64,000 nt of DNA from Bugula neritina (Eukaryota; Animalia; Bryozoa). The stretch covers positions 21,006,767 to 21,070,766 of the forward strand of contig OZ037766.1 of assembly GCA_964035545.1 (NCBI GenBank). The letters run 5' to 3'. Below the pieces are notes generated by a model. That model had not been told where the DNA came from. It made no database searches and saw only the letters and a program-made list of their open reading frames with translations. Below are positions 39,843 to 55,804 of this stretch, in pieces (positions within the stretch are counted from its first letter, which is position 1; every line of letters begins with the position of its first letter). Both the position numbers and the translations under genes were made by a program.

Positions 39843-41858
39843 GTAAGTCTATTAAACTTACTTTAAAATTAGAGCTAGATTAAATTATGTTTTGTAAGCT
39901 ACTAAAGAATTTGAATCAAAATAATCATACAAAGCATGTTAAGGTATATCGATACATGAAGAGTCTTTGCTCAAACCAACCTATACGCCACCATATTGCA
40001 ATCTTTGTTTAAGTTGGTTTTTTATTTACAACCTCTATATGACCTACGCTTGGAAAGCTAGTTATAAGGCTACATGTACTAGACATGCTTGTATAACTCA
40101 AGCACATATAGTGCCAGAGCAAACAAAAAGAAATCATATGCATCACAAATATTATATTACCATGGTGGTAATCACCTCAATGTACTTATAAAAAAACTTT
40201 TAAATTTAGGCTAGACTAGGCTAGTAAAACAGGTGGTGATGCTAGAGAAAGCGTCCAGTCAAAATTGGTTTTTTGCAACATTAAAAAATTCTTTAACACT
40301 CTCTTAAAAACCTCATCCATCCTTGGTTTTTGCAGAGATGGTAGCTCTAGGCTCAAGTGCAGTACAGTGCTTTATGTCATAATATTGCTTTGAAAGCAAC
40401 TACCCATGTTTGATAAAGCAAAACCTGGACTTTATAGTCTCAGCATGTCATTTCATTGAAATGAAAATACTTTTTTATTTTAGAACAAATATAACTTTGA
40501 ACTTTTTAAAAAGCTCATCAAAATGTTTTGTTGGCATGTAAAACAAAAACAATATTTAGTTAAAGTTCGAACGAGGCTTTTTGTGCTAATTGTCATTTGC
40601 TCAACACATATTTAACATGAGATAGTCCTATTTTGATAAGTTAAGTAACAATGTGAAATAAAGAGGTTTAACGCTGACATCACTAACTAATATTTATGAC
40701 TTTGACATTCGGTTTAATTCTAAATTCAATTTTAATAATTAAAATGATAAACATGCAAGGTGTTTGTAAATGCATAGCACGATAATTTTTTAATCTTCTG
40801 GACCTAAGGACACTTCTGTGTAATTATAAACTATCCTTAAACATAATCAATTCAATTTATTTGTAAATTCAACCGATAATAGATAGCTAATGTGCAGTAC
40901 TATTACATGGTTTCAGGGAGAGATGAGGGATGGAGGTTACCATCAATAGGGTTTGAATCAAATCGTTGCTGCATCTAACCACAGTTTGGGTCAATAAACC
41001 AAAAACCACTCACAATCAGTAGTCTACTTGGGCAAAAACATTCATTAGCCCTATAACCACTTCTTTAGCTTGACAAATGCCTGACACATGCAGGATGACA
41101 TGCTATTCTTGTAAAGCTTATGTTATGTACACTATAAATTTTATTATAGCAATCTCACTAAAACTTGTATTAGCTCTTCGTCATAAGTCTTAATGCTTTA
41201 GTTTTAATTTTTTATTTGTATACTTTGAAGCATTGACTGGAGGAGAATGGTTATGTAATAATTAAAGTTGTCATTTTACTTACAATAATCTGAAAAACCC
41301 TAAATGGAGTCTAGTTACATATATAACAATTTTTGCGAATCAATTATATGTAGCTGTGCACGGAAGTTTGTGCAGTTTCCTAATTTTGGCAACCATCTAC
41401 CACCATCGATAGTTTCCTACTGTCTTTATAGCAGTCATAATATAAATATATGTAGTGTAACGTACACACATTAATTAGCTTTAAAATTGCAACCTTCTTA
41501 GATTGTCTACAATGTTCAAAGCTAGCTAATCTTTATACTTGCTAAAATTTTAGGTTTAAGTTATAACTATCATAAGTTGCAATCAGTAGGTACTGCGGTG
41601 TTTTTTCCAGCCTTAAGATTTAGATTGCTTTTCTTTTGAAAATTGCATGTTACAATGAATGTAGTGATAGAATATTATTATTTAACTATAGCATATATAG
41701 GAACCCCTAGCTAAGGCAGCAAAACATATGATTAGAAATAAATAATCACATTTATAAGCAGTGGCTTGCTGAGTATCTAATTTGTTATGTATTCTATAAT
41801 GTAGCATATATGTCTACGCACTTATCCTAGTACATGCAGTCATCACAAAGCTGAAAAG

Positions 41859-43805
41859 ATGGCAACTTGTGGTCACATCTTTGCTGCAGCTACTATATTT
41901 TTGACTCATTCAATCTTAACTTCACAAAGTGTGGAAGGTAAATATTTAACACTAAATCTTTTTAAATTAAACTTTAACAATTCAAGAACTCGGTAGATAC
42001 TCATAATTTTTCAAATCAAAACAGCAAAATATTTGCGAGCATAATATTTTACCTATTTTATATCTCTAAAGAAAAACATTTTGTTTTCAAACTTTTGTTT
42101 TTTGTAAGAAAAGTTTTTCTTTCAACATAATTATGCCGCAGTTGATTGTAAAATAGGCCTATAGCAATTGTTGTTATATTTTAACTGCATTTTATCTCAG
42201 CTTGCATTTTCTCATCAACAATCAACATATAATTCTTAAAGTAATTTAAATAGTGATCTGGCTCACAGCTTTTTCTGCTCAACTGTATTCAACAGATTAA
42301 CAGCGAGCAGTCATAGAGCAATTATACATGTATGACATAGCAAAACGTGCTATTTGAGATTAATACATGTTTGACAGTAATCAAATATCATTTCAAGGCA
42401 GAAGCGCGTATAAAACAATTGTAGAAAGCTCAGCTTATCAGAGTTCAACAATAACCGATAGTCAAGTTATTACATAGTAATTTTTAGATCATCCTGAAAC
42501 ATGTTTAAATTTGAGCTTTGGTCTAAAATCAAACAACTGCAAACACATTGTCAAATATCAGCTATATGGACACTCAATTTTATGTGTAGTGTGAATGCAT
42601 GGGGTGTAACAGTTTTATGCTAGTTCAATGGCCAGATTATTAAAAAAATAAAAATCAATTTTGTGTAACTATTGTAGATGCGTGTCCATCGGGCTATGAG
42701 CATAACCCCTTCAGTAATACTTGTGTTCGGCTGATTGAAACCCAGAAAAATTGGCGCAGTGCGAAAGATTATTGTGAAACTGCTGGCGAAACCTTGCTAG
42801 TTCTTGACACCCTGGAAAGTATTAATTGGTTCAAAACATTAAGGACTTTTAACAAAAGTAAGTATACATTGATAGACTATCATAATATATTGATGGAATT
42901 TAGTTGATGTTTACTAGATGTGTTGACAATGCAAGCTTTGATAAGCAAATGCTGATGAGTAAGACTTTATGTTTTAGAAAATAACTAAAAATAAATTAAA
43001 CTGATTTTTGTAATGAGAGAAAAATAACCCCATGCAGTAAATATAGAATAAACATGTAAGATTTAAAATAAATGTATTTAATATTGCTTATAGGTCTAAA
43101 CGCTAGCCAACTTGAGTACTTGAAAATTAATAAATAACTTTACTTTATGTGATTTTCAAATTGACTTGGATTCTATGATGATTATTACTTAAAATTGATA
43201 AGTAGAGTCAAAGTCTCAAGTCTTGAATTACAATTTTAGTGTTTGACTTGATTCTACTTTTTCAACATTAATGTTAAGATTTTTTTTATTCTTTAAATAA
43301 ATATTTTTGACTGAGTTGACTTCAGGGATGATTATATCAATTGTGCATTGAGTGTTCCAATTAATGTGCTGCAAATCTTTGACATGAAGTCAAGTACAAG
43401 CCTTGCACATTATTTAATTTAGTATATCATACTTTTTGGGGCTTGTTTTGACTTGAATTGATCATCTAATCAACTTAGCCAAAAATGAAAACTTTTTTAG
43501 CCTTATTGTAATATTATTGGTGCATGGATTAATTATTTATATGTTTAGAGTGGAGAGAGACTTATGGTGTTTGGCTAGCTGGTTACAATGACCACCAAGT
43601 ATGGAAGTGGCATGGTCGGAAAACACATGACATCCACTTTTCTGACTATTTAATTAGTGACCCAGATGGAGCATGGGAAACTGACCAATGTCTTGCATCT
43701 CACCCCTGGCCATCTTTACTTTGGTTTGACATGGGATGTAAAGTTGGTCGCTTTACTTTTCCTTGTGAAAAACCAGCTAAGGGGGTTGAAAGAATAATTG
43801 TATGA
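41859..43805 (+). CDS. Secreted C-type lectin CTL-H (171 aa; DPD / WFD)
   Basis: Exons 41859-41937 (MATCGHIFAAATIFLTHSILTSQS..), 42678-42857, 43549-43805 (..SDYLISDPDGAWETDQC..WPSLLWFDMGC..PCEKPAKGVERIIV*). Absent from the ORF track. Confidence 0.88.
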
Positions 43806-44634
43806 AGCAATACTTGAAAATTCATACGTACATGCTGGTACCTTTATTATATAAAAACTGCTGAAACATTTCCATTAAAGTTTTGTGTCTGTTTTTTTGT
43901 GACAAAGTGTAACTTAATTTTGAAGTTTTTTGTAGTATATTTTTTGATGAAATGAATACAATTTAATAAATAGCATGACTTGACAGAATTTAAAAAAATT
44001 ATTCTACAATTAATGATAATTTGATATCACAATGTCTTATTGCTATGAAACGTATAGTAATTCATGCCATATTGCACAAGTTTTCATGTTTGAAATAATA
44101 TATAATATGATATAATTTGATTAGTAAACTGGTGTATTTTAAAAAAAAATTATATTATTGAATTCTGCTCAGCAAGCATAGAATGTCAAAAGTAGACCAT
44201 AAACAAAATACAATTACTATATCTAAGCCACTGCAACTTAACTTATGAAACTGCTAACAAAAGACACCGAAAAAAGTTGAACAAGCATGAAAATTCTATT
44301 TCAAAAACCTATTTTCATAATTTGGTTAAAGAATCCAATTGCTGTTGGAAAGACCCTGTGGTTAGTTACTATTTATTAAAAAAAGGCTATTTGAAAGTTA
44401 ATAAATTACAGATAGGAAACATTGTTATAATGATAGTATATACAGAAATAGCTGGGTTAACAAACAAAATATGTCATATAAACCAGGTATGTACAGCTAC
44501 CAATCAACATTTTAACAAATTTAAATTAATTTTGTTTATTTGTGTATAGTATGTTTATTACATATTATACAATATATGGTATATATAAGATGTTATTTAT
44601 ATGGTATATGTTGTAAATATGCATACATATTATA

Positions 44635-46344
<1,710 letters not shown>

Positions 46345-46915
46345 ATTTATTATACATAGCATACAATATGGTGTATAATATGGTGTATATAATATGGTAC
46401 CGGTGGTGCAGGTGGTAAACTTGGTATGTCCTGGTAATAATGTTTTTGCAAGAAACCGTGCTGCTAACTATAATTAAAACTAAACAGAGCTGCATTACAT
46501 ATAATTAAAGAAAGTTTGTGCAAAAAACAATAGCCTATACTTGTATAGAGTAAAAATAAATTCAAACTTAACTTAAGCTTCTAAACAAACAGTTATAACA
46601 AACAGTATATATACTGTTTTGAAATTATAAGTTTAACCTTATTATAGTACTTTATTACCAAATATGTGTAATGCTTCGGAAATATTTATTAAGCTACTAT
46701 AATCAGTCAGAACCCACTAAAAGGCTTATATATACTAGACTTATAGTATGTATTAAACCATATCAAAATTTAGTAGCTATATAATAGAAAAATTCTCTTT
46801 TATATTGTATAGGTACTACTTTACTGATGATTAGGTGCAACCTAGCCTCCTTATCTTGCTGCCGAATAATTTAATTTCATTCAATATACAAGTTACTGCT
46901 GCTATACCAAGGAAT

Positions 46916-47888
46916 ATGAAGAGCCAGTGGCCAACTGTTCTTTCTTTACTCCTTCTAACTCTGTGTCGTGCAAATAGTGAAGCAAGCTGTAAGTATTTTA
47001 AAATTATTTTAAAATTAACTATAAGTCTGATTCTGTTTTACAATCTACTAAATAAATGGCATTCAATTAATTTGTTTGAAATTGATAAAATCAGTTATAT
47101 CCTGGTTTGTAGTGATTACCAATTGATGTGGTATTGTAGATAGATGTCCACCAGAGTATACTCACTACTCTGATATGGATATCTGCCTCAGATTGTCTGA
47201 AGATACAGCAAACTGGGAAGGTGCTAGGCTGACCTGTGAAAATAAAGGAGAAACATTGTTAGCACTGGACAATCTTCGACTCATCAACTGGTTTAAAACT
47301 CTTCGGACTCAAAATCCTTGTAAGTGACTAACTTTTCCTAGTTGAAGACACAGCAAAGCTGCTTTTTCTCAAAAGAATTTGTTTACAATTACTCTTGAAA
47401 TGCTCAACTAAATAATTAAAGTTGTTAAAAGTATTTACATTTTTCACGGCAATTTAAGCTTCTAAAACAGATGACTCATATTTTACTATCCTATCTGCAG
47501 TGCTGCAGTATTGCAGTTAGAATTTTAACTATCATTTTCATATTTCAGTAAATGCACATATTTCTATTCCAAAAATATAATTCACAAAATAATAAACACA
47601 TTAAGTGGCGGTAAATTGTTATTTTGTTTGCTAGATTGGGCAAAAAATGATATAGTGTGGATTAGTGGCAGAAGAGTATACGGTGAACCTTGGAAGTGGC
47701 ATGGTAGAACACTTAATACTATAGTGCTTGGAGACTGGGACCGGTTCCAGCCAAGTGGTGAGAAACGGTCATTCCAGGCATGCATCGTTGTAATCAATGC
47801 ACCAAAATACACATGGGATGACTATGGTTGTTATTCCTTACAACGATATGTATGCGAAAGACCTGGTAAAGATTACCAATTACCATAA
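46916..47888 (+). CDS. Secreted C-type lectin CTL-I (168 aa; QPS / WDD)
   Basis: Exons 46916-46988 (MKSQWPTVLSLLLLTLCRANSEAS), 47140-47319, 47635-47888. Confidence 0.9.
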
Positions 47889-48064
47889 ACTGAACTTCTA
47901 ACAATTTGGTTGTCAGTGAACACCATTACTATAATATGTAATTTAAGTCCATTTATGCAATTTCATAAAATGTAGTAATTTATTGTTAATTTTGTTTTTA
48001 ATGGTATTTCAGTCATATATGATGTAATAAATTTAAAAAGAATTTAATAAATATACAAATTGTA

Positions 48065-48503
48065 TAAAGGAGAGTGGGAATAGTAGAACCGAGTGGCTAG
48101 TTGAAGCGCATACTCTAAATTTTGTCCTTTTAATCATAGCACCATTTTATCTCCTTTATTTAAGAGGATTTTAGGTGATCTATCAAACATATGAAAGATC
48201 TGAAATCAAAGCATAAGCTTTCAGGTGAGCTAGCATTTTTCACAATTTTTGAATAGAATGAGCAAACTAAAAATTTATTCTTTCAGAAAAAGTTGTATAG
48301 CTCTTCTAGTTTTAATAGCCCAGTCATATCAATTTAGACGTTTATCTTTAACATGATCTCAAAGCTGGGCAATAACTTAGCATTGCAGAGATATCTCACT
48401 CACAGCAGATATTGATCCTAACTTGTAGTGAGACAGCGTGAGATTAGTTGAGCCACATATAGGAAGTGGGGTGAATTGAACCAGGTACAATTTGCCCCAC
48501 TAA
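48065..48503. mobile_element. Non-autonomous TIR DNA transposon, same family as 23628-24096
   Basis: Colinear similarity (e.g. AAATCAAAGCA.AAG.TTTCAGGTGAGC, ATGAGCAAACTAAAAATTTAT, TTGCAGAGATATCT) and GGAGAGTGGG / GCCCCAC ends. Confidence 0.7.
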
Positions 48504-50875
48504 CTATTTTCAATATGTTCGTTATTACAATTGGGCACACTAAGTTTTTATATTTATTCATCAATCTTGGTCTTTGCAGAGATGGTAGCTCTTAACTCAA
48601 ACAAGTTGTTTTCTGCCAATCAAATTGCTTTGAAAACAACAAATCATGTTTGATGAAACAAAATCTTTACTTTATAGTCTCAGCACGTCATATTTTATTA
48701 AAATGAAAGTACTTTTTTATTTTAGAACAAATATAATTTTGCTGTCCGAATAGCCTAGCTATGAAATAAAATTTAGGCTGTAGTGGTTAAAAGTATTTGG
48801 ATACTTGGACTTGTGTCCTTATGATTTAAGTGGTCAAGAAGTAAAACTTTATTTATTATGTCTAGGTTTGCAGTCAGAAAAGGTGATATAGTTATGCTAA
48901 TGAGGAAGACAAAAACAATTATAAAGGTTCAGGAATTTTTATTTTTGTGTATTGTGATGTTCAAAGGTTTTAGCAAGTTATGAATGTTGTCCAATTACAG
49001 AGGGAAAAAGATCTTGTGGTTCTATTTTGCTAATTGAATTTTTAATAGTGGTCTTATAATTTTTGAGATATATATGAGCATTTTATGTCTCATTAGTTTT
49101 ATTTTATACAATAAATGCATTAAATATAAATTTTTATCTAACAATGTTTAATGCACAATTTTATTTTATATTGTAAATTGCCCATATTATACACTAATCA
49201 ACAGTGTACTCTAAACTCTAAAGTCATCATATATCATTATTCCGTATAGTTAGAACAAGAAACATAATTGCTTGTTTAATTAAATCATAGTGTATTAATT
49301 AAGGTAAAATTCCGAAAAACAACTTATAATTGATATGATATTAACAATTCATTTGCATGCATAAGCCCTAAGCAAATATAAGTTAGATGTATATAGCCAT
49401 GCATATATATAGTTTATTTTATTTTATTCTCCACAACCATTTTAAGCCGCTTATTTCATACTCATTCAAAACTTTAACACAGTAAATATAATTTGTAGTT
49501 AAGCAGGTGCATAGCTCCAAATATTTAGTAATTGAGAGTCTTGATATTATTTGGCAATTGAGCACTTGGCCTCAAACTTGAACTTTTAATAAACTTGTCA
49601 GAATATTGTATTGTTGGCATGCAAAGTAGAAACAACATTTAGTTAAAGTCAGAAAAGTGCTTTCTATACTAATTGTCATTTGCTCAACAATTATTTAATA
49701 GTGAGATAGTAGTATTTTGATAAAATAAATAAAAAATATGAAATAAAGATGTTTAGCGCTGCCCACACGAATGAATATTAACAATAATCATGGCTTTGAA
49801 ATTTGCTTTAATTTTGATTACAATTTTAATAATTTAAATAATAACTATAAAAATATTTGTAAATGTATAGTACAATAATTTCTTAAGCTAATTCTGCCTA
49901 ATTAAACTGTCCTTAAACTAAATCAATTTAATTTACTTGTAAATTCAACCAAGATAGCTATAACTGTGCAGTACTATTGCATGGTTACAGAGAGATGAAG
50001 GATGGAGGTACTACAGTCAACAGGATTTGAATCAAATGTTGCTGCATCTAACCACAGTTTGTATCAACAAACCAAAAACTACTCACAATCTGCAGCCTAC
50101 TTGGGCAAAAACATTTATTTGCGCTATAACTACTTCTTTAGCTTGACATATGCTTGACACATGCAAGATGACACGCTACTCTTGTAAAGCTTATGTTATG
50201 TACACTATACATTTTATTATAGCAATTATCTCACTAAAACTTGTATTAGCTCTGTGTCATAAGTCTTAATGCTTTAGTTTTAATATTGTATTCGTATAGT
50301 TTGAAGCATTAACTGTAAGAGAATGGTTATATGTTAATTAAATTTGTCATTATGCTTAAAATAATCTGAAAAACTCTAGATGGAGTATAGTTACATGTAT
50401 AACAATTTATTTACTAATCAACTATGTAGCTGTGCACCGAAGTTTGTGCAGTTTCCTAATTTTGGCAACCATCTATTACCACTGTACTGTCTTTAGATCA
50501 GTCATCATATATATATATAGTGTAATATGTACACACATTTATAATTAGCTTTGCAATTGCAACCTTACTATAGATTGTCTACAATTTTCAGTGCTAACTA
50601 ATCTTTACTGCAATGTTTTTTTCAGCCCTACGATCTAGTTTAGACCTCACTTGAAAATTGCACATTGCGATGAATGTAGTAACAGAATATTATTATTTAA
50701 CTACAGTACATATATGAACCCCTAGCTAAGGCAGCAAAACGTATGATTAGAAATAAATAATCACATTTATAAGCAGTGGCTTGCTGAGTGTCTAATTTGT
50801 TTTGCATTCTATAATATGTAGCATATATGTCTACACACTTATACTAGTACATGCAGTCATCAAGAAGCTGAAAAG

Positions 50876-51812
50876 ATGGCAACTTGTGGTCACATCTTTG
50901 CTGCAGCTACCATATTTTTGACTCAATCAATTATATTTTCACAAAGTGCGGAAGGTAAATGATCAACTCTTTATTCTTTTGATAAAAACTTTAATAATTC
51001 AAGAACTTGGTCGATACTAATAATTTTTCGTATCAAAACAGCAAAATATTTGTGAGCATAACAATTTACCTATTTAAGGAAAAATGACTAATAAAGAATA
51101 AAAATTAATTTTTTGTAACTATTGTAGATGTGTGTCCATCGGGCTATGAGCATAACCCCTTCAGTAATACTTGTGTCCGGCTGATAGAATCCCAGCTAAA
51201 TTGGCCTGATGCAAAAGCCTATTGTGAAAAGGCTGGAGAAACCTTGCTAGTTCTTGACACTTTGGAAAGTATCAATTGGTTCAAAGCACTAAGGACTGTA
51301 AACAAAAGTAAGTATATACTCATTGTTAGACTACCCCATAAGATATTATCTTGATGGAATTTGGTTGATGTCAACAATTGATGAAGTGGTGTCAGCAATG
51401 CAAGCTTTGATAAGCAAATGTTGATGAGTGAGACTTAATGTTTAATTAATAACAGTGCCAAAATTCAGTATATAATACTTTTCGGAACTTGTTTTGACTT
51501 GAATTTTCTCATTTAATTAACTTAGCCTTAGGTGATATATCACTGTTGCATAAATTATTTATATGTTTAGAGTGGAGAGACACTTATGGTGTTTGGCTAG
51601 CTGGTTACAATGACCACCAAGTATGGAAGTGGCGTGGTCGAAAAACTCATGAGATCTACCTTTCAGACTATCGCCATAATGACCCGGATGGAGCATGGGA
51701 AACTGACCAATGTCTTGCATCTTACCCCTGGCCATCTTTACGTTGGTATGACATTGGATGCAGAGCTGGTGGCTTTACTTTTCCTTGTGAAAAACCAGCC
51801 CAAAGAAGTTGA
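50876..51812 (+). CDS. Secreted C-type lectin CTL-J (166 aa; DPD / WYD), paralog of CTL-H
   Basis: Exons 50876-50954, 51128-51307, 51571-51812. Confidence 0.9.
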
Positions 51813-52563
51813 AAGAATAATTGCATAAAGCAATACTTCAAAATTGCTGGTACTTTTATTATATACAAACTGTTAAAACATTTCCATTAGAGATTTGTGT
51901 CTGTTATTTTATGACAAAGTGTAATCTTGATTTTAAATATTGATATTAATATTTTCTGATGAAATGAATGCAATTTAATAAGTAGTATAACTTGACAGAA
52001 TATAAAAAAATGTATTCTACAATTAATGATAGTTTGACACCACAAAGTCTTATTGTTATGGGATGTAGTAATTCACGCCACAAGCTTTCATGTTTTAAAC
52101 AGTGTATAATATAATAGAACTTGTGTAGTTAACTGCAGGGTGTATTTTCAAAGAGAGATTTCTGTTATTGAAATCTGCTTAGCAAGTTTAGAAGGTCACT
52201 TAAGTACACTATAAACAAGATGCAATTAATACTAATAATTAATACTAATTAAAAGTTGATAAATCAGAGATAGGAAACATTGTTATAATTGTAATAATGA
52301 TAATACAAAGAAAAATAGCTGAATTAACAAACAAAATATGTCATATAAACCAGGTATGTACAGCTATCATTTAACATTTTAACAAATTAAAATTAATTTT
52401 GTTTATTTGTGTCTTTATATGTGTAATATATGTCATGCAACATATGCGAAATATAATGGTATGTATGTTGTAAATATGCTATATAGGCTATGTAGTAGGC
52501 ATGGGTGGGGCTAGTTAAACTAAAGTCTTTACTATAATAAACATATATGGTTTTGAACCAACT

Positions 52564-52566
<3 letters not shown>

Positions 52567-52600
<34 letters not shown>

Positions 52601-52671
52601 CATACATACATATATATACATATATATTATATACATATATATATATACATATATATTATATACATATATAT
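52567..52671. repeat. Imperfect (AT)n/(ATAC)n microsatellite
   Basis: Directly visible; occupies the place of ~1.75 kb present in duplication copy A. Confidence 0.9.
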
Positions 52672-53107
52672 AACCTGCTGTCAACTATAATCAACTGAAA
52701 GACACCTTTTCACAACTATAATACTACATTTAAATATTATAACTTCAATCATAACTCAGCAGCATACTTGCATAGATTGAAATAAACTCAAACTTTATTT
52801 AGGCTCCTACTACGTTGAATTTATAAGTTTATGCTAGCAGCTTATCACCAAGTATGTGTAATTCCTTACAAATATTTATTATGCAATACTTTATTAAACT
52901 CATAACCAGTCAAAGACTAAAACAGCTTATACTAGATTTATGTATTATAAGCCATATCAAAATTTTATAACTATAATAGAAAAATTCTCCTTAATACCGT
53001 ATAAGTACTACTTCACTAATGATTAGGTGCACCCTAGCCTCCTTATCTTGCTGCTGTAGAATTTAATTTCATTCAATATGCAAGTTACTGCTGCTATACC
53101 AAGGAAT

Positions 53108-54045
53108 ATGAAGAGCCAGTGGCCACCTGTTCTTTCTTTACTCCTTCTAACTCTGTGTTGTGCAAATAGTGAAGCAAGCTGTAAGTTTATTAAATTTATT
53201 TTAAAATTAAGCTACATTAGATTATGTTTTTTGAGTTACTTAAGAAATTGCATTCATTTTTTTGCTTTTTCCTGGCTTGCAGTGATTACCAATTGACTTG
53301 GTATTGTAGATAGATGTCCACCAGAGTATACTCACTACTCTGATATGGATATCTGCCTCAGATTGTCTGAAGATACAGCAAACTGGGCAGGTGCTAAGTA
53401 TAACTGTGAAAAAAATGGAGAAACATTGTTAGCACTGGACAATCTTCGGCTCATCAACTGGTTTAAAACTCTTCGAGCTCAAAATCCTTGTAAGTTGCAT
53501 GACTAACTTTTCCTAAGACACGGCAAAGCTGCTTTTCTTCAAAAGGCTTTGTTTAATCAACTGCAATTAAATTAAAATTTCTTAATAATTATTCAAATTT
53601 GTTGAAAGTATTTATATTTTTCATGGCAATAAGTTGGTAAAAACAGATGCCCTGTTTACTATCCTATTTGCAGTGCTGCAGTATTGCAGTTGGAATTTTA
53701 ACTATTATTTGTATATTTCTACTCTAAATAACATAACTATAACAAACAAGAAGCATATTATTTTGCAGTAAATTGTTATTATGCTTGCTAGATTGGGCAA
53801 AAAATGATATAGTGTGGATTAGTGGCAGAAGAGTATACGGTGAACCTTGGAAGTGGCATGGTAGAACACTTAATACTATAGTGCTCGGAGATTGGGACCG
53901 GTTCCAGCCAAATGGTGAGAAACTGTCGTTCCAGGCATGCATCGTTGTAATCAATGCACCAAAATACACATGGGATGACTACGGATGCTACTCTCTACAA
54001 AGATATGTATGTGAAAGACCTGGTAAAGATTACCAATTACCATAA
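53108..54045 (+). CDS. Secreted C-type lectin CTL-K (168 aa; QPN / WDD), paralog of CTL-I
   Basis: Exons 53108-53180, 53310-53489, 53792-54045. Confidence 0.9.
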
Positions 54046-54617
54046 ACTGAATTTCTAACAATTAAATTGTCAGTGAAAACCATGACTATAATTAAAGCCC
54101 ATTTATTTAATCTCATAATATGTAACAATTTGTTGTAACTTTTGTTGTCATTAACTGTTGTTTAACCATTTATGACGTTATAAATATATATTAATTGTAA
54201 TAAACATGTAAAATATGATTTTAATAAATGATTTATTCTGCTTGGAAAACAATAGTGTTTAATTTATTGTTAGCTATAAACTTAGCAGAAAGTTACCCTG
54301 TGCTACATGTGTATGGCAAATACGCAAGACCACACACATGCATACATTTCAATCATGAAACAATTCAATAAAGATACCATTTTTTATAAGCTTCCTGCGT
54401 ATACCCGCCTTACCTGGCCACAGTGAAACAATTGTAGCTTTGGTACGGATCTTTTGGATGTTAAATAGTTACAATAACACATCACATCAGGTGCTTCTGT
54501 CATTTGTTTATGCTATAATTTATTCTTATTTCCTTCATATTTTTATTGTTATTCTTTAATAAATTCTGTTTCAGCTCACAAAATAGGCAACAAAATATAT
54601 TATAAGATAAATAGCAC

Positions 54618-54846
54618 TAGTTCAATCTTCCCACAGGGTTGTTCAACTTGCCCCCTACCAAGGTATACCTTGTGCCAAATAACTTAAAAGTAAAAATTGG
54701 CTATATCTTGGTGAGTAAAATGTTTATGCATATAGTTTTAATGGACAAAAACAGCAAAATTTTAGCCTTTAGATTGGCAAAAACATTTCAAAAATTCTAC
54801 TCTAAAACGCCATCTTTGGCTCAACTAGTTCCACCTTCCCCTCTAC
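54618..54846. mobile_element. Right-end fragment of a GTAGGG-type TIR element (counterpart at ~58703-58906)
   Basis: Ends GGCTCAACTAGTTCCACCTTCCCCTCTAC with internal GTTCAACTTGCCCC repeats. Duplicated with its flanks upstream of CTL-L. Confidence 0.55.
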
Positions 54847-55383
54847 ATTATGTAGTATCTTATGTTTCGAATGTGGTAGATGTTGGTAACTAGAAAATTT
54901 GGAGCATGCTGGAAATAGCTTTCTTGCAAGCAAGAATAAACTGCTGCTAACTGTAATTACAGCTAATTACAGCTACACCACACTAAAAGTTTAAGCAAAA
55001 ACGTAATACCGAATTCAAATACTACAAATTCAACTGTAACCCAGCAGCTTACTTGTATAGATTGAAATAGATTCAAACTTATAAATCTAAGCTTTTACGT
55101 GACTATTTTAAACTTATAAACTACTTTATCAACAAGTATGTGTATTATCTTGCAAGTATCTGTTAAGGAATGTTTTATTAAACTGCTAACCAGCAAGATA
55201 TAACCAAAAGGCTTATACTAGATTTAAGTATGTAAGCCATATCAAAATTCCGTAACTATAATAGAAAAATTCTCCTTAATACCATATAAGTACTACTTTA
55301 CTGGTAATTATAGGTGCAACCTAGCCTCCTTATCTTGCTGCTGAAGAATTTAATTTTATTCAATATACAAGTTACCAAGAAAT

Positions 55384-55456
55384 ATGAAAAGCCAGTGGCC
55401 AACTGTTCTTTCTTTACTCATTCTAACTCTGTAGTGTGCAAATAGTGAAGCAAGCT
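55384..55456 (+). pseudogene. Orphan MKSQW-type leader exon with premature stop
   Basis: MKSQWPTVLSLLILTL*CANSEAS (TAG at 55432-55434). A MITE is inserted 4 nt into the intron. Intron-1 homology ends near 55931 and no exon 2 or 3 follows. Confidence 0.85.
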
Positions 55457-55460
55457 GTAA

Positions 55461-55804
55461 GCCTAGGGCCACACGGTGCGTATTTTCGCATGCGAAAATT
55501 GAAATCACAAGTAGCAAAGGTGTCCACTGTGCGCGTTGAGAAAACGTTCGCACTTGCGTTGAAAACGCTGAGCGACAAGTGCGAATCGTCTCTGTCATCG
55601 TCACCTAATTGGCTGGTAGCTATTCAGCGAGCCCAATTTCTTTAATTTAGTGCTACATTCCAGCAAATTGCGTTATATTGAAAGCGAGTGCGATTTAAAA
55701 ATGATAGCTTTATTTATCACGCATCACTGACGCTACAGTGGACACCTTTGCTACTTGTGATTTCAATTTTCGCATGCGAAAATACGCACCGTGTGGCCCA
55801 AGGC
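55461..55804. mobile_element. Complete 344-bp PIF/Harbinger-like MITE
   Basis: 70-bp TIRs (55461-55530, 55735-55804) with one mismatch; TAA on both flanks (55458-55460, 55805-55807); paralogs show the empty site CTGTAAGT. Confidence 0.9.
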
